NCBI RefSeq assembly: GCF_036365525.1
Contig: NC_090404.1
Location: 6,386,001 to 6,450,000 of the forward strand
Source of the DNA: Heterodontus francisci
Lineage: Eukaryota
DNA length: 64,000 bases
Direction of reading: 5' to 3'
Under the pieces are notes generated by a model. The model searched no databases, had not been told where the DNA came from, and saw nothing but the letters and a program-made list of their open reading frames with translations. Made by a program: the position numbers and the translations under genes. Below are positions 52,265 to 63,078 of the stretch, piece by piece; the first letter of the stretch is position 1; each line of letters opens with the position of its first letter.

Positions 52265-52453
52265 AGATGTTGTGTAGCTGGATCCGCTCTTTACCTCACT
52301 GTGTCCCCATGGCACAGTGATACAGTCCGGCGTCCGGTCCAGTAACTGCCAGTACCACTTAATACAAACATTGCATCTGGTGGTGGCATCGCACCGGATT
52401 TGAACCGCTTGCCTCCTGCTCGGATTGGGACATCCCGCCCTCACCACGGACCC
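52265..52453 (-). pseudogene. Internally deleted V pseudogene with 23-RSS
   Basis: TTAACAG acceptor; ...AVQIRCDATTRCNVCIKWYWQLLD joined out of frame to DAGLYHCAMG; CACAGTG (52303-52297) + 23 nt + ACAACATCT (52273-52265). Confidence 0.8.
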
Positions 52454-52656
52454 CTGTTAATAGAAACATGAAAAACTCTCAATAACTTTACTTTCCTACC
52501 CAGCCTTCTTAATTCGGAATAGCCGCATGAAAATAAAATAGTGAGTGTTCCAATTGGATGTATCGATATTTCAGGATGTTGGCTTTGAAATCACAGCATC
52601 TGTCTCATGCGTCACATTCAGACCCAGACTTGGATACATTTTGTGTTTGGCTGTAG

Positions 52657-52925
52657 GAGCATATGGCGCAGACTCAGTGTCCCTGGATCAGTCTGAGTTG
52701 ACGATTCCGGAAGAACATTCCGTAATATTCAGCTACAGTTACTCCACATTTGACAGCTTTCTCTACTTTTATCGGTGCATCAATATTCCGGGTAAGCTCG
52801 GAGATATTTACTGAGGAGGTAGAACTCGGGGCAGGTAAATAATTCTCAAGATTTCCCAGTCCGGTTCTCTTTTCATTTGGACAAGGATAAAGACAGCAAT
52901 ACAACTGTTTGATATATAAACCTGG
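52657..52925 (+). pseudogene. TCR alpha/delta-type V pseudogene, 3'-degraded
   Basis: CTGTAG acceptor; GAYGADSVSLDQSELTIPEEHSVIFSYSYSTFDSFLYFY, then frameshift and stop, ...DFPVRFSFHLDKDKDS; no YYC or RSS. Confidence 0.75.
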
Positions 52926-53014
52926 AAGTCTTCATTCTCCCTGAGCCCGGGATATAACTAACCCGCACATAAAGGCACCAAAGAACACTTAACGAAGCTG
53001 TAAGTGCTCGCTGA

Positions 53015-53053
53015 GGTTTTTGTGCAGGGTCTTGGCTTTTATCTGACGCTGTG
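53015..53053 (-). promoter_or_regulatory. 23-RSS
   Basis: CACAGCG + 23 nt + ACAAAAACC (consensus nonamer). Confidence 0.95.
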
Positions 53054-53594
53054 CCTCACTGCACAGTAATAGAGCGCCCCGTTTTCCACACTCAGGTCGC
53101 TTATATTGAGATAACCGCTCCTTTTAGACTTATCAGCAGCCGCCAGATATTGTCCTGAGATTTCGTTTTCCTTCACTGCAACTAATTTGGTAATAATCCA
53201 TCTTGGAGGCTGTGCCGGTTTCTGCCGATACCATTGCATGTAGTCAATATTCAGGGTTGTATATTCGCAAACTATCCGCACCGAACTCCCTTCTGACACG
53301 GTTATTTTCGCCGGAGACTGAGTTACTGGATCTGCAAATAGTCCGCCTGTGAACGTAGAGGAATAAAGAACAGGAGGTTAAATAGGAGCGGTGTAAAATT
53401 GTGACTATCAGTGTAAGTATATGTAATCTTCCATCTACCCGGCTGTCCATAATATGGATCTTTCTGATCGCAAATTACATTAAACGCGAGAACAAACTGT
53501 TAGCAGAAATCTGATAACCTGCTTTATTCAATCTAATCCAATACTTACTGTCCAACACAGCAGCCAGTATTATCAGAAACATGTCTGACTGCAT
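53054..53594 (-). CDS. Intact TCR alpha/delta-type V gene (leader 53594-53549; V exon 53346-53054)
   Basis: MQSDMFLIILAAVLD|GTAAGT...CACAG|SGLFADPVTQSPAKITVSEGSSVRIVCEYTTLNIDYMQWYRQKPAQPPRWII...LNISDLSVENGALYYCAVR; canonical Cys/Trp/Cys. Confidence 0.92.
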
Positions 53595-53707
53595 CCCTCG
53601 CAATGAACTGGAATGGAATGAGCCAGAGATTGAAAAGCGGAGAGGGGTAACTCGGGACCTGTTCAGCTCATTGTTCCACCCACACACTACAGGAGGCGTC
53701 CCCATTG

Positions 53708-53799
53708 TGACCTCACTCCGGCAGCGATTCCTATTGGCTGAGGCGCTGGTATCACGTGACTTTGTAAGTCCCGTGCTTGAGTTTGGCGCCCTCTGTTGG
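53708..53799 (-). promoter_or_regulatory. V promoter: CRE/TCR decamer, CCAAT, E-box, CTCF-like site
   Basis: AGTGAGGTCA (53717-53708), CCAAT (about 53737-53733), CACGTG (53753-53758), CCAACAGAGGGCGCCA (53799-53784). Decamer, CCAAT and CTCF-like site are conserved in the inverted paralog at 62359-62450. Confidence 0.65.
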
Positions 53800-53939
53800 A
53801 GGATTCTGATCAATCCGGTTTAGAATAGGGCCATTGAGTGGATTCAGGGTTTATTGTGTTACATACCAAAACACGAATGCCAGGCATTTTCTCCCAGAAA
53901 GCTAAATTGGAGCAGATTAAACCTATTCTTTATTGTTGT

Positions 53940-54520
53940 TAATGTTTATGCCACAAAGTGATGTTTAACCTTTCTAAATCATTGTTTAGACATCAGCTCG
54001 GGTTCTTTGTCCAATTCTGGGCACCACTATTTAGAAAGAATGTCAAGACATTGGAGAAAGTGCGGATGAAAGATACCAGAATGGTACCAGGGCTGAGGGA
54101 CATTTATGTGAACAGACTAGAGAAACTGGGATTGTTTTCCTTATATCAAAGTAGCTCAAAATTATAAATGGTTTTTATAGAGATGCTCACAGGTAACTGT
54201 TACACTCAGCAGGAAATTTGGATAACCCAGCACCTGGATTTACGAGAATTTATTTTAAAAAGACAACGAAAAATAAGATTTTATTCATCACACTGCGATT
54301 TGTTAAAATCGGGAATGCACTGCCCTAAAGGGCGGCGGAAAAAGATTCAATATGAACTTTCAAAGGGAATTGTCTATAACTTGAAAAGAAAAGAAAAAGA
54401 TGCCGGACTTTTTTGAAAACGCAGGGAGTGAAAGCTGAATTGGAGAGCTCCTTCAAAGAGGCACAGGTTAGATAGGCCGAATGGCTTCATTCCGTGCTCT
54501 AAGCTTCTAGTATTCGAGTC
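53940..54520 (+). mobile_element. Old CR1 3' fragment between divergent V promoters
   Basis: VQFWAPLFRK...RLEKLGLFSL motif; absent from the inverted paralogous block. Confidence 0.75.
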
Positions 54521-54864
54521 CGTTCACGTCCCTCCCACTCTGTTTGTTGCCAGTTAATTGAACAGTGAGCAGGTGCATGATGGCCACAGACTTCTGAAGC
54601 TTCAATCGTCACTATTTCCGCTCCGTCAGTTCCGAGTACAGCTGAGTGTCGCCGCACACTTCGCTTAATGTTGAGTCTGCGGTATCCCCGCCCACAGCTT
54701 CCGTTTGCTGCTCTCGCTCTGACCCAATTGTGTTATTGGAGCGATTGGTGCCGCTGGTCTATTCTTGTCATTGGTTGCATCAGCAGTGCAGTGGGACGGG
54801 GATCTGTATTTCTGTTCCGACAGAGACTTTCCTGCACTGCAGAGTTACAGATTCAGGAAGTATC

Positions 54865-55345
54865 ATGGGGAACCGTCTCTCACCGCTTCTCATCATTATA
54901 TCACTTCTCAGTAAAAATCCATTCTCCCCCTGACTGCTGTAACCCAGATATTATTGTTAGTAAAATAATAGTGATGGTGGTGATGATGGTTATATTGATC
55001 AATATGAAGCTGATGCTGATTGTTGCTGTTACTATTTTGTACTCTAAACTGGAAGAAACAGTGGAACAGCTGGTTCCTGAAATACCGGATGAAGAAGAAA
55101 GTAAGGTCACACTGACCTGCACCTTGAAAACAGGCGCTTATAATCCTTATTTGTACTGGTACGGTCAGCATCCTGGGCAGCCTCCACACTCCATACTTCG
55201 TCTCATTGGAAGGAATGTGCACGTGAACACCGATATCACTGATCAGTTTTCTTCTACGTTTAATAAAACTGCCAAGATTACCGAGCCAACGATCAGCAGC
55301 ACCCTGATTTCTGACAGCGCCGTGTGTCTCTGTGCCATGAGCCCC
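54865..55345 (+). pseudogene. TCR-type V with open frame but defective signals
   Basis: Leader MGNRLSPLLIIISLL with a 15-bp deletion over the donor relative to the 59005 paralog; no AG acceptor before SKLEETVEQ...VTLTCTL...YLYWYGQHPGQPP...DSAVCLCAMS; heptamer degraded (CGCACTG), no nonamer. Confidence 0.8.
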
Positions 55346-57899
55346 GCACTGAGAGTTCCAGTGAGTGCTCAGCAGAGGGCGCTCTCCAACCGATAAACAA
55401 GCAATAATTCAAACCCCACAGTGAGAATCACAGAGACCTTTTAAAAACTGCAACAAATTATAAACCTCAACAACAAGTGAGGTCCACTTGCGCAGTTGTC
55501 TTGGTTTGTGATTATAACTTGCATTTATCATAAAAAATTAGCTTTACAATTCGATGTGTGACGCCTGATTCACCTTTTGTCTTTCGATTCCCTTTCCCTG
55601 CCTACTTATTCCTTATTACACTCTGTCTCCACACTTTACGCATAATTGCATATATTTCCTTCTTCCACGCTTTACTTTACAGATATTAACCTTGGCTAAT
55701 TCTCTGTACCTTAATTCAGAACCACTTCAACCCAACTTCCCATATAGTCAATAAAATAAAAGCAAAATACTGCGGATGCTGAAAATCTGAAATAAAAACA
55801 GGAAATGCTGGAAATACTCAGCAGGTCTGGAGAGAGGAACACAGTTATCGTTTGAGGTCTGTTACCTTTGATCATTCAAGGTTGTTCCCTATCACAGACC
55901 TTCCCTTTTGTTCTTTACATCCTCCCACCTTTAGCTGCCTCTGTACTTGCACCTGTGACGGTTTCCAGTTCTGATGAAGGGTTACTGACCTGAAACGTTA
56001 TCTCTGTTTCTTTCTCCAAATATGCATTTTATATGCTGAATATTTCCAGAATTTTCTATGTTGATCTTATACAAGGTACAGTTCCTGCCTTGTTCCAGTT
56101 AATAAGATCATTAATTTTGCTTAACCATCTGGAGATGTCCGAACTTCCTCCCCCAATATGGCTCCTGTACGATTTGATAACATAGGGGTGTTTTAAAGTG
56201 GGAACAGACTTGTCAGCACAACGTTTGTTATGAATCGACTTTATTGAGTTAAAGGTAGGAAAAGTTTGTTAAGTTCTCAACTAAAGCATAGTCACCAACT
56301 CAGGCAGTAATTAACAATCTAACACAGATACTACCCGTATTAGAGACTGAACGGCAGAGTGCACGACTTGCAGCTTTGGGCCCTCAAGCTTTTGGCTCTC
56401 TCTCTCTCTCTCTCGTAGTTTCTCTTGTCTCTTGTTGTTTATGTTTTTGCTTTTTTTGCCACGCAGTAGCAAGGACAGGGCTCATTTTATCCTGGCAGCT
56501 TTCCAGTTAACCCTCCCCTCTCCCAATCGGTGATTAATCTTGTATTAAAGGATGCCTTTCATAACCAACCAAGGATCGTTTTGTGATGGTTGCCAACCTT
56601 TCGGATTTATGCAAGCAGCACACAAAGGGGTCTTTGTGTTGACTACCGTATCTCAAGCTTTTACTTCTCGAGGATGCCAGATCTCACTACGAGACAAATC
56701 TACGCAGAAGCTGTTTTCACTGTCTGTTCTCACAGTCTCACACATTTGCTGCAAGTAAGAATTTTAAAACTTGACATAATCTCCCAGAATCCCGCTGCCT
56801 TGACATCTTGTCGAGACTGTGCCCTGTTCCCTAAGTTTTTCCACTTTATCATACTATTAAAAAAAAATGTCAGTTTATGATAATAAGTCATTTTTTAGTT
56901 TATAATAGCTAGATTTTAACAATTGGCATGCTAGTTAGTAACTTTTAGCAACCAAATAGACAGTTTGCAAGACAGACTGTCCTGATAGACAGCGAGCATC
57001 TAAAAAGAGATCTCTCAGTTAATTTAAACTGAAAGAAGCGAATTTGGATTGTTTATTTTTTACCTCTCAAAATTCTAAAAGTGAAGCCAGATTGATTCTT
57101 TTGAAAGTGGTTGCGAATTGTTGATCTGTTGTGTTCATCACTGGAAAGACTAAGAGTTTGCAACTTCAAATGCTGAACTGAATTACTAAATTCCTTTCGT
57201 CGGATTCATTGGACCCTGAAAGATTGCGAGTGGACTTTGAATCAGAGAAATGTTCGTCAGGAAACATTGCCCTTAAACGAAACAGTGGGTTTATTTCTCT
57301 TCCATTCTATCCGGAAATTTATTTCACACATTCATCACTTTCTGATGCGTAAGACGGATTTCTCGATATAGTCCTATAATTACCTTTTATACTTTGGATC
57401 CGTGTCCCCCAGTTTGACTCAACAGTTCAATTTAATGTCATATTGCGTGATGCATTTTCAATACATGAATTATCTGATATTTCTCTCGATGTCATTGCAG
57501 TCCGGCACTGCGATAGGGTGCTGGTTGAATCACTTGCACATCCCCCAGCAGCGGGCCACAAGGGTTGGGTTCTGTCTCCTTGGGGTGGATTCTTTCAAAA
57601 AAAGGAGGAAGGAATCGCTGTGATAGAATGTGAGGACAGCGAAACCGTTTCTCACAAACGGATCCTACATTGGTTGATAGGTAAATTGGCCATTAGAAAT
57701 TGCCCCTAGTGTAGGTAGGTGGTAGGGAAAATATAAGGACAGGTGGGGATGTGGTAGAAATATGGAATTAGTGTAGGCTTTGTCTAAATGGGTGGTTGAT
57801 GGTCAGCGTGGACTCGGTGGACCGAAGGGCCTGTTTCAGTGCTGTATCTCTAAAAAAAATGATAACACTGCTGACCCCACTGTTTCCGTTTGCAGCTCT

Positions 57900-58895
57900 C
57901 CTGCTGTTTATAGAGTATATGAATGATTTAGACGTGAATATAGGAGGTACGATCAGTAAGTTCACAGATGACACGAAAATTGGTGGTGTCGTAAATAGTG
58001 AGGAGGAAAGCCTTAGATTACAGGACGATATAGATGGGCTGGTAAGATGGGCAGAGCAGTAGCAAATGGAATTTAATCCTGAGAATTGTGAGGTGAGGCA
58101 TTTTTGGGAGGACTAACAAGGTGAGGGAATATACAATGGATGGTACGACCCTAGGAAGTAGAGAGGGTCAGAGGGACCTTGGTGTACTTGTCCATAGATC
58201 ACTGAAGGCAGCAGCACAGGTGGATAAGATGGTTAAGAAGGCATATGGTATATTTGCCTTTATTAGCCGAGGCATAGAATATAAGAGCAGGGAGGTTATG
58301 ATGGAGCTGTACAAAACGCTAGTTAGGCCACAGCTGGAGTACTGAACAGTTCTGGGCACCACACTATAGGAAGGATGTGATTGCACTGGAGAGGGTGCAG
58401 CGAGATTCACCAGGATGTTGCCTGGGCTGGAGCATTTCAGCTATGACGACAGACTGGACAGGCTAGGGTTGTTTTCCTTACAGCAGAGAAGGATGGGGGG
58501 TATGGCGGGGGTGCTGATTGAGGTATACAAAATTATGAGGGGCATAAATAGAGTAGATAGGAAGAAACTTTTTCCCTTCGTGAAGGGGTCAATAACCAGG
58601 GGGCATAGATTTAATGTAAGGGGCAGGAGGTTTAAAGGGAATTGGAAGAATACTTTTTCCACTCAGAGGGAGGTTGGAATCTGGAACACACTGCCTGAAG
58701 AGGTGGTAGAGGCAGGAACCCTCACAACATTTAAAAAAGTATTTAGATGAGCACTTGAAACGCCATAGCATACAAGGCTACGGGCCAAGTGCTGGAAAAT
58801 GGGATTAGAATAGTTAGGTGCTTGATGGCCGGCGCGGACACGATGGGCAGAAGGGTCTGTCTCTGTGCTGTATAATTCTATGACTCTATGACTCT
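57900..58895 (+). mobile_element. CR1 3' fragment ending about 110 bp upstream of the 59005 V leader
   Basis: KFTDDTKIGG, LYKTLVRPQLEY, (TATGACTC)n tail. Confidence 0.9.
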
Positions 58896-59004
58896 CGCTC
58901 GGACCCACCTTCCTGCCTTGTAGTTTTGGAGCTGTTCCCTAATCTGTAATTCTGCTCCGACACAGGATTTCCCGGACTGCAGAGTTATAGAATCAGCTAT
59001 CATC

Positions 59005-59556
59005 ATGCGGAACTGTATCTATCTATTCTTCATAATTATATCACTTCTCCGTAAGTATGTTTCCAGTAAAAATCCATTCTCCGCTGACTGCTGTAACCCA
59101 CATATTATTGTTTGTTAAAAGGATGGTGATGATGGTGAAAGTAGCTTAAACTCACTTCGCATTTTATTTTGTTTTCCGTCAAGTTTTGAACCGGAATATT
59201 AAACATCCGTGTGTTTGATCCTTTCCTGTTTGAATATGTTTTTCAGATCTGAATCATGGAGATTCAGTCACTCAGCCGCTGTCCTCAGGTGTTAAGACAG
59301 AAGGACAAGCGGTGACTTTAATCTGTACCTATAATACTACACGGGGCGGCAGCTATAATTTGTACTGGTATCGGCAACACCCAGACACACAACCTGAGTT
59401 TATTCTGATTAAATACACAAGTGGTTCTGAAGATAAAGCAAAGTTTGCCAAAATCTGCTTCTCTGCACAACTCGACAGCTTGGCAGAATTCACCAACTTA
59501 ACCATCTCGGGGCTGCAGCTGACCGACACTGCAGTTTATTACTGCGCCCTGAGGTT
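59005..59556 (+). CDS. Open TCR alpha/delta-type V gene (leader 59005-59050; V exon 59247-59556)
   Basis: MRNCIYLFFIIISLL|GTAAGT...TTTCAG|HLNHGDSVTQPLSSGVKTEGQAVTLICTYNTTRGGSYNLYWYRQHPDTQPEFIL...LTISGLQLTDTAVYYCALR. Confidence 0.9.
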
Positions 59557-59595
59557 CACACTGATGGAAACCAGGTAAATCCTCGTAGATAAACT
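59557..59595 (+). promoter_or_regulatory. 23-RSS (weak)
   Basis: CACACTG + 23 nt + AGATAAACT (6/9 to ACAAAAACC). Confidence 0.8.
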
Positions 59596-60837
59596 CCCGT
59601 CGCTATGTAGATCGGAAGCTCCGCCAGCTGAAGTCCGTTATGACGGCGGTCAGGTGTGAAAATCGAAGGAAAATAATTATTTAGAGAATCTGTCATTTCT
59701 AATGTTCAATTACAATGTGAGCGACGCCTATCAGTAATGGTGGCATGAAACTATCAGCGATTGTCACACAAAAAAACATCTGCGGGACAGAGAGAGAGGA
59801 GGCAAAGAGAAAGGGAATAGAGGGAGAGGAGCAGAGAAAGAGAAGGGGGACAGAGAGAGAGAGTGATCAACATTACTCCTGACAGGATGACATCTATCCT
59901 GAATACTTCATATCGCTGCAACAAGAGTGCGGGCAAAAAATGACTACTTGTGCAAGCTAAAAAAAATGCCAGGAATCTCACTAAAACAGTGTCCAACATA
60001 GTGAAGAGAAAGTAGGTCAATGAATTAATCTTCTCATTTGAAACCTCTTCACAAAAATGCATATTTGTTGCTGTTTTGATTAATAGTAGGATTAATTTTA
60101 ATACCTTTATGTTTCCGAAATTGTCTTAATGTGCACCCCCACCCCCACCCCGCCACCAACGCGTATAGATTGGACAATCCTGCTTCAGATGTTGACGGAG
60201 CTCTTGTCTCTGACTCTCCTTGGTAACACTATGCACTGAGCTCCACACTGCTACATGGGCCCAGTCCGTCCGTACAAAAGTCATCAATGGACTCTCACCT
60301 CCTCTCACTGAATCAGATCTGGGGCCTAGATTGTTTAGAGATTATAGAACGACAGCAAAACTAAAGACCAGTTTTTTTAGAATGACACATTTATGTATTG
60401 TGGACGCTATGTCATTCTGTGTAATATCACTCTTAATATCATATGGGGGTTTCCCATGGTCAGTGAGCAGCTCTTTTAATGGGAGCCTCAGGCAGTGATA
60501 GCAGAACCACGTTAACTATTTTTCCTCACTGCTCCACCTCACCCTGTTAAGGGCCAACATTGCATTTAATCCTCGTCCAGTTCCCTGTTGTTAGCAGAAC
60601 AATTTCACTCATTTCCTGCTCCCCGCTCTGACCGAATGAATTGGAGAACAGAGGACCTGTGAGTTGATTGGGTGAATTGGAGAACAAAAGACTGAGCTGA
60701 TTAGGCGTCAGCTGTTGACTTTTTCAAGAATGAACCAATCGGTAGAGAGACCGGAAGTTAATAAACATCATGCCAATTCCTGACTGAAACAATTACAGAT
60801 TCAACCTGGTCTGTTCAAATCCACCATCTCTTCAAAC

Positions 60838-61359
60838 ATGTTGGTTGTTACTTTGTATGGATTCCTCACAGCTGCAGCTCTTTTAACTGGTAAAGTTTAC
60901 AATTTACACAATCTTCCTCTTACAGGCATCATTGACATTCTTTTAGTTGCACTTTTTTTTCTCTATTTACAATGTGTTCCGGCCGCTGATGATATTAGTT
61001 AGAATAAAGTGATAATAAAAGCTTAAAGTTCTGTATTTCTAAATTTCTGCAGGTGTTAGTGGTGCAGACTCAGTCTCACAGGGGCCCGTTGCAGCGATGC
61101 AGTTTGATGGAGATTCGGTGACCATTAATTACAGCTATTCGACCACTGCTAATATATATTCCTTACAACTGTATCGTCAGGACTGGGATAAAGGCCCCAC
61201 ATTCCTCATCTCCATCCCTAACTACGGAGATGTTTCCAGAGCAGAGGGCGTGGGCAATCGGTTTTCCGCATCTCTCGACGCTTCGAAGAGTGAGGGGAAT
61301 TTCACCATCCGCGACCTGCGGCTGTCTGACAGCGCGATGTATTACTGCGGGCTCAGAGA
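60838..61359 (+). CDS. Open TCR alpha/delta-type V gene lacking first Cys and core Trp (leader 60838-60889; V exon 61053-61359)
   Basis: MLVVTLYGFLTAAALLT|GTAAAG...CTGCAG|GVSGADSVSQGPVAAMQFDGDSVTINYSYSTTANIYSLQLYRQDWDKGPTFLI...NRFSASLDASKSEGNFTIRDLRLSDSAMYYCGLR. Confidence 0.9.
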
Positions 61360-61398
61360 CACAGTGACAGGAACCAGAGATAGCCTCGTACAAAAACA
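61360..61398 (+). promoter_or_regulatory. 23-RSS
   Basis: CACAGTG + 23 nt + ACAAAAACA. Confidence 0.95.
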
Positions 61399-62561
61399 CT
61401 GCCTCGGTGTGACAAGGTGAAAGGAGAAGCGGGCAGAGTGGGGTGAAACGCAAAGTTTCAGTATTGATCACAGGGGAGTGTTAGTTTCAAAACAGCCAAA
61501 CCAACAAACTGTCCAACTAACAACACAGCACAGAAATAATGTTTATCATTAATATCATAATCTTGGAGTTGATTTCACAATAAGATGTCTGATTGGACTG
61601 TTCTTCCAATCTCGGTTTATTTCCTGGTCATCTTAAATTTTAATCTTAGTGAAACAAATATAAAACTAGTACTCATTATGCGCCAGAGTCGCAATCAGAC
61701 CCGGCGCTTCAGTTGGCTGGAAATGAACTGAAAAGGCGGGTTGCATTTAGTCACTACTTAATAGACCATAGAGCACAAACCTTCAGAACAATGAAATCTC
61801 CTCTGAGCTGGGAAGCCGTGAGACTCGGGGCCTAAACTGTGCCGGAAGCCCGGGGTGCTGACTGCACCAGTTGAGAATATTTTCTGAGTCTGTAACTCCG
61901 CAGTGCGAGAGCTCTGTCCGAGCAGAAATACAAAGCCCCGTCCCACTGCACCTACTGATCCAACCAATATCAAACAGAGAACAGCAATCTCTCCAGTAAC
62001 ACAGGGTAGGCAAGGCGGGGCAGAGCGAGAACAGCAAACGGAAGCTGTGGAAGGGGCTACAGCAGAAGCAAATCGAGTAAATTCAAAACTCTGTGGAAGG
62101 ACAGATGTTGCACGGCGCCGCTCAGCTGCACTGCGAGCTGATGCAGCGGAAATGGCGATGGTTCCATCTCTAGATACCTGTGGCTGAACAGCTACTGCTC
62201 ACTGATCAAGGGATTGGGCGCGAAAAGAAGGCATTGTACAACATCAGAAATAAAGAGGGATTTAGTCATTATTAATGTCGATATTTGCAACACATCCTTT
62301 CATACATGATGCAAAAGCTCTGAATCCGTTCATTCGAAACCAGATGGAACAGAATCCGCCAGCAGAGGGCGCCAGACGCAAGTATGGTCATTTTAAATTC
62401 AAGTGATGCCAGCGTCAGCGCCAATAGGAGTCGCAGTCTGAGTGAGGTCACAATGGGGCCGCCCCCTGTAGTGTGTGGGTGGAACAATGGGCTGAACAGG
62501 CCCCGGTTTACCTCTCCCCTTCTCAATCTCCGGCTCATTCCATTCCAATTCACTGCGAGGG

Positions 62562-63078
62562 ATTCAGTCAGGTGTGTTTCCAATAATACTGGCGCTCTAT
62601 TGGACAGTAAGTACTGAATTAGATTAGACAACAGAGGTTAGCGAATTGATCCAAAGAGTTTGTGAAGGAACATACTACAATTATCACTCAGAAATCTCCA
62701 TATAATGGTTAGCTAGGTAGATGGGAGTTTACACGTACTCACACAGGTAGACTTATGTTTGGGTCGATCCTGTTTAACAGCCTATTTCCGATCTTCACAG
62801 ACGGACTATGGGGAGAGAGACTCATGCAATTATCGGTGACAATACTGTGTCAGGACCGGGGAAAGGGAAGAGTTCCGTGCAATGAAATTGCGAATATTCA
62901 GCCGCGGTTTTCAACAACATGCAATGCTGTCGGTAGAAACCGGCACAGCCTCCATGCTAGATAACGAGCAAAGTAGCAGCACTGAAGGGAGACGAAATCT
63001 ATGTGTGAAGGACAGGACAGCCTCTTACTGTGCACGAACGGACAGCATCAAAAAAGACAAAGGCCTCATACAAAATGC
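62562..63078 (+). pseudogene. V pseudogene, inverted paralog of the 53054-53594 gene
   Basis: Leader with ATG changed to ATT, GTAAGT donor; exon from 62801 (DGLWG...CEYS...NNMQCCR*KPAQPP...SYCART) with stops and an FR3 deletion; decayed RSS GACAGCA + 22 nt + ACAAAATGC. Confidence 0.85.

Noticed and set aside
53475-53823. Similar ORFs at 53475-53823 and 62272-62631 as a novel duplicated gene
   Set aside because: Explained by the duplicated V promoter, 5' UTR and leader; frames are not conserved as a protein.
51445-63078. V segments as NARTCR supporting Vs or IgL/IgH Vs
   Set aside because: The open Vs have their own leader exons and no CDR1 Cys, lack VH motifs (WVRQ...LEW), and have no adjacent J-C as in shark IgL clusters. 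Alpha versus delta cannot be resolved by eye.
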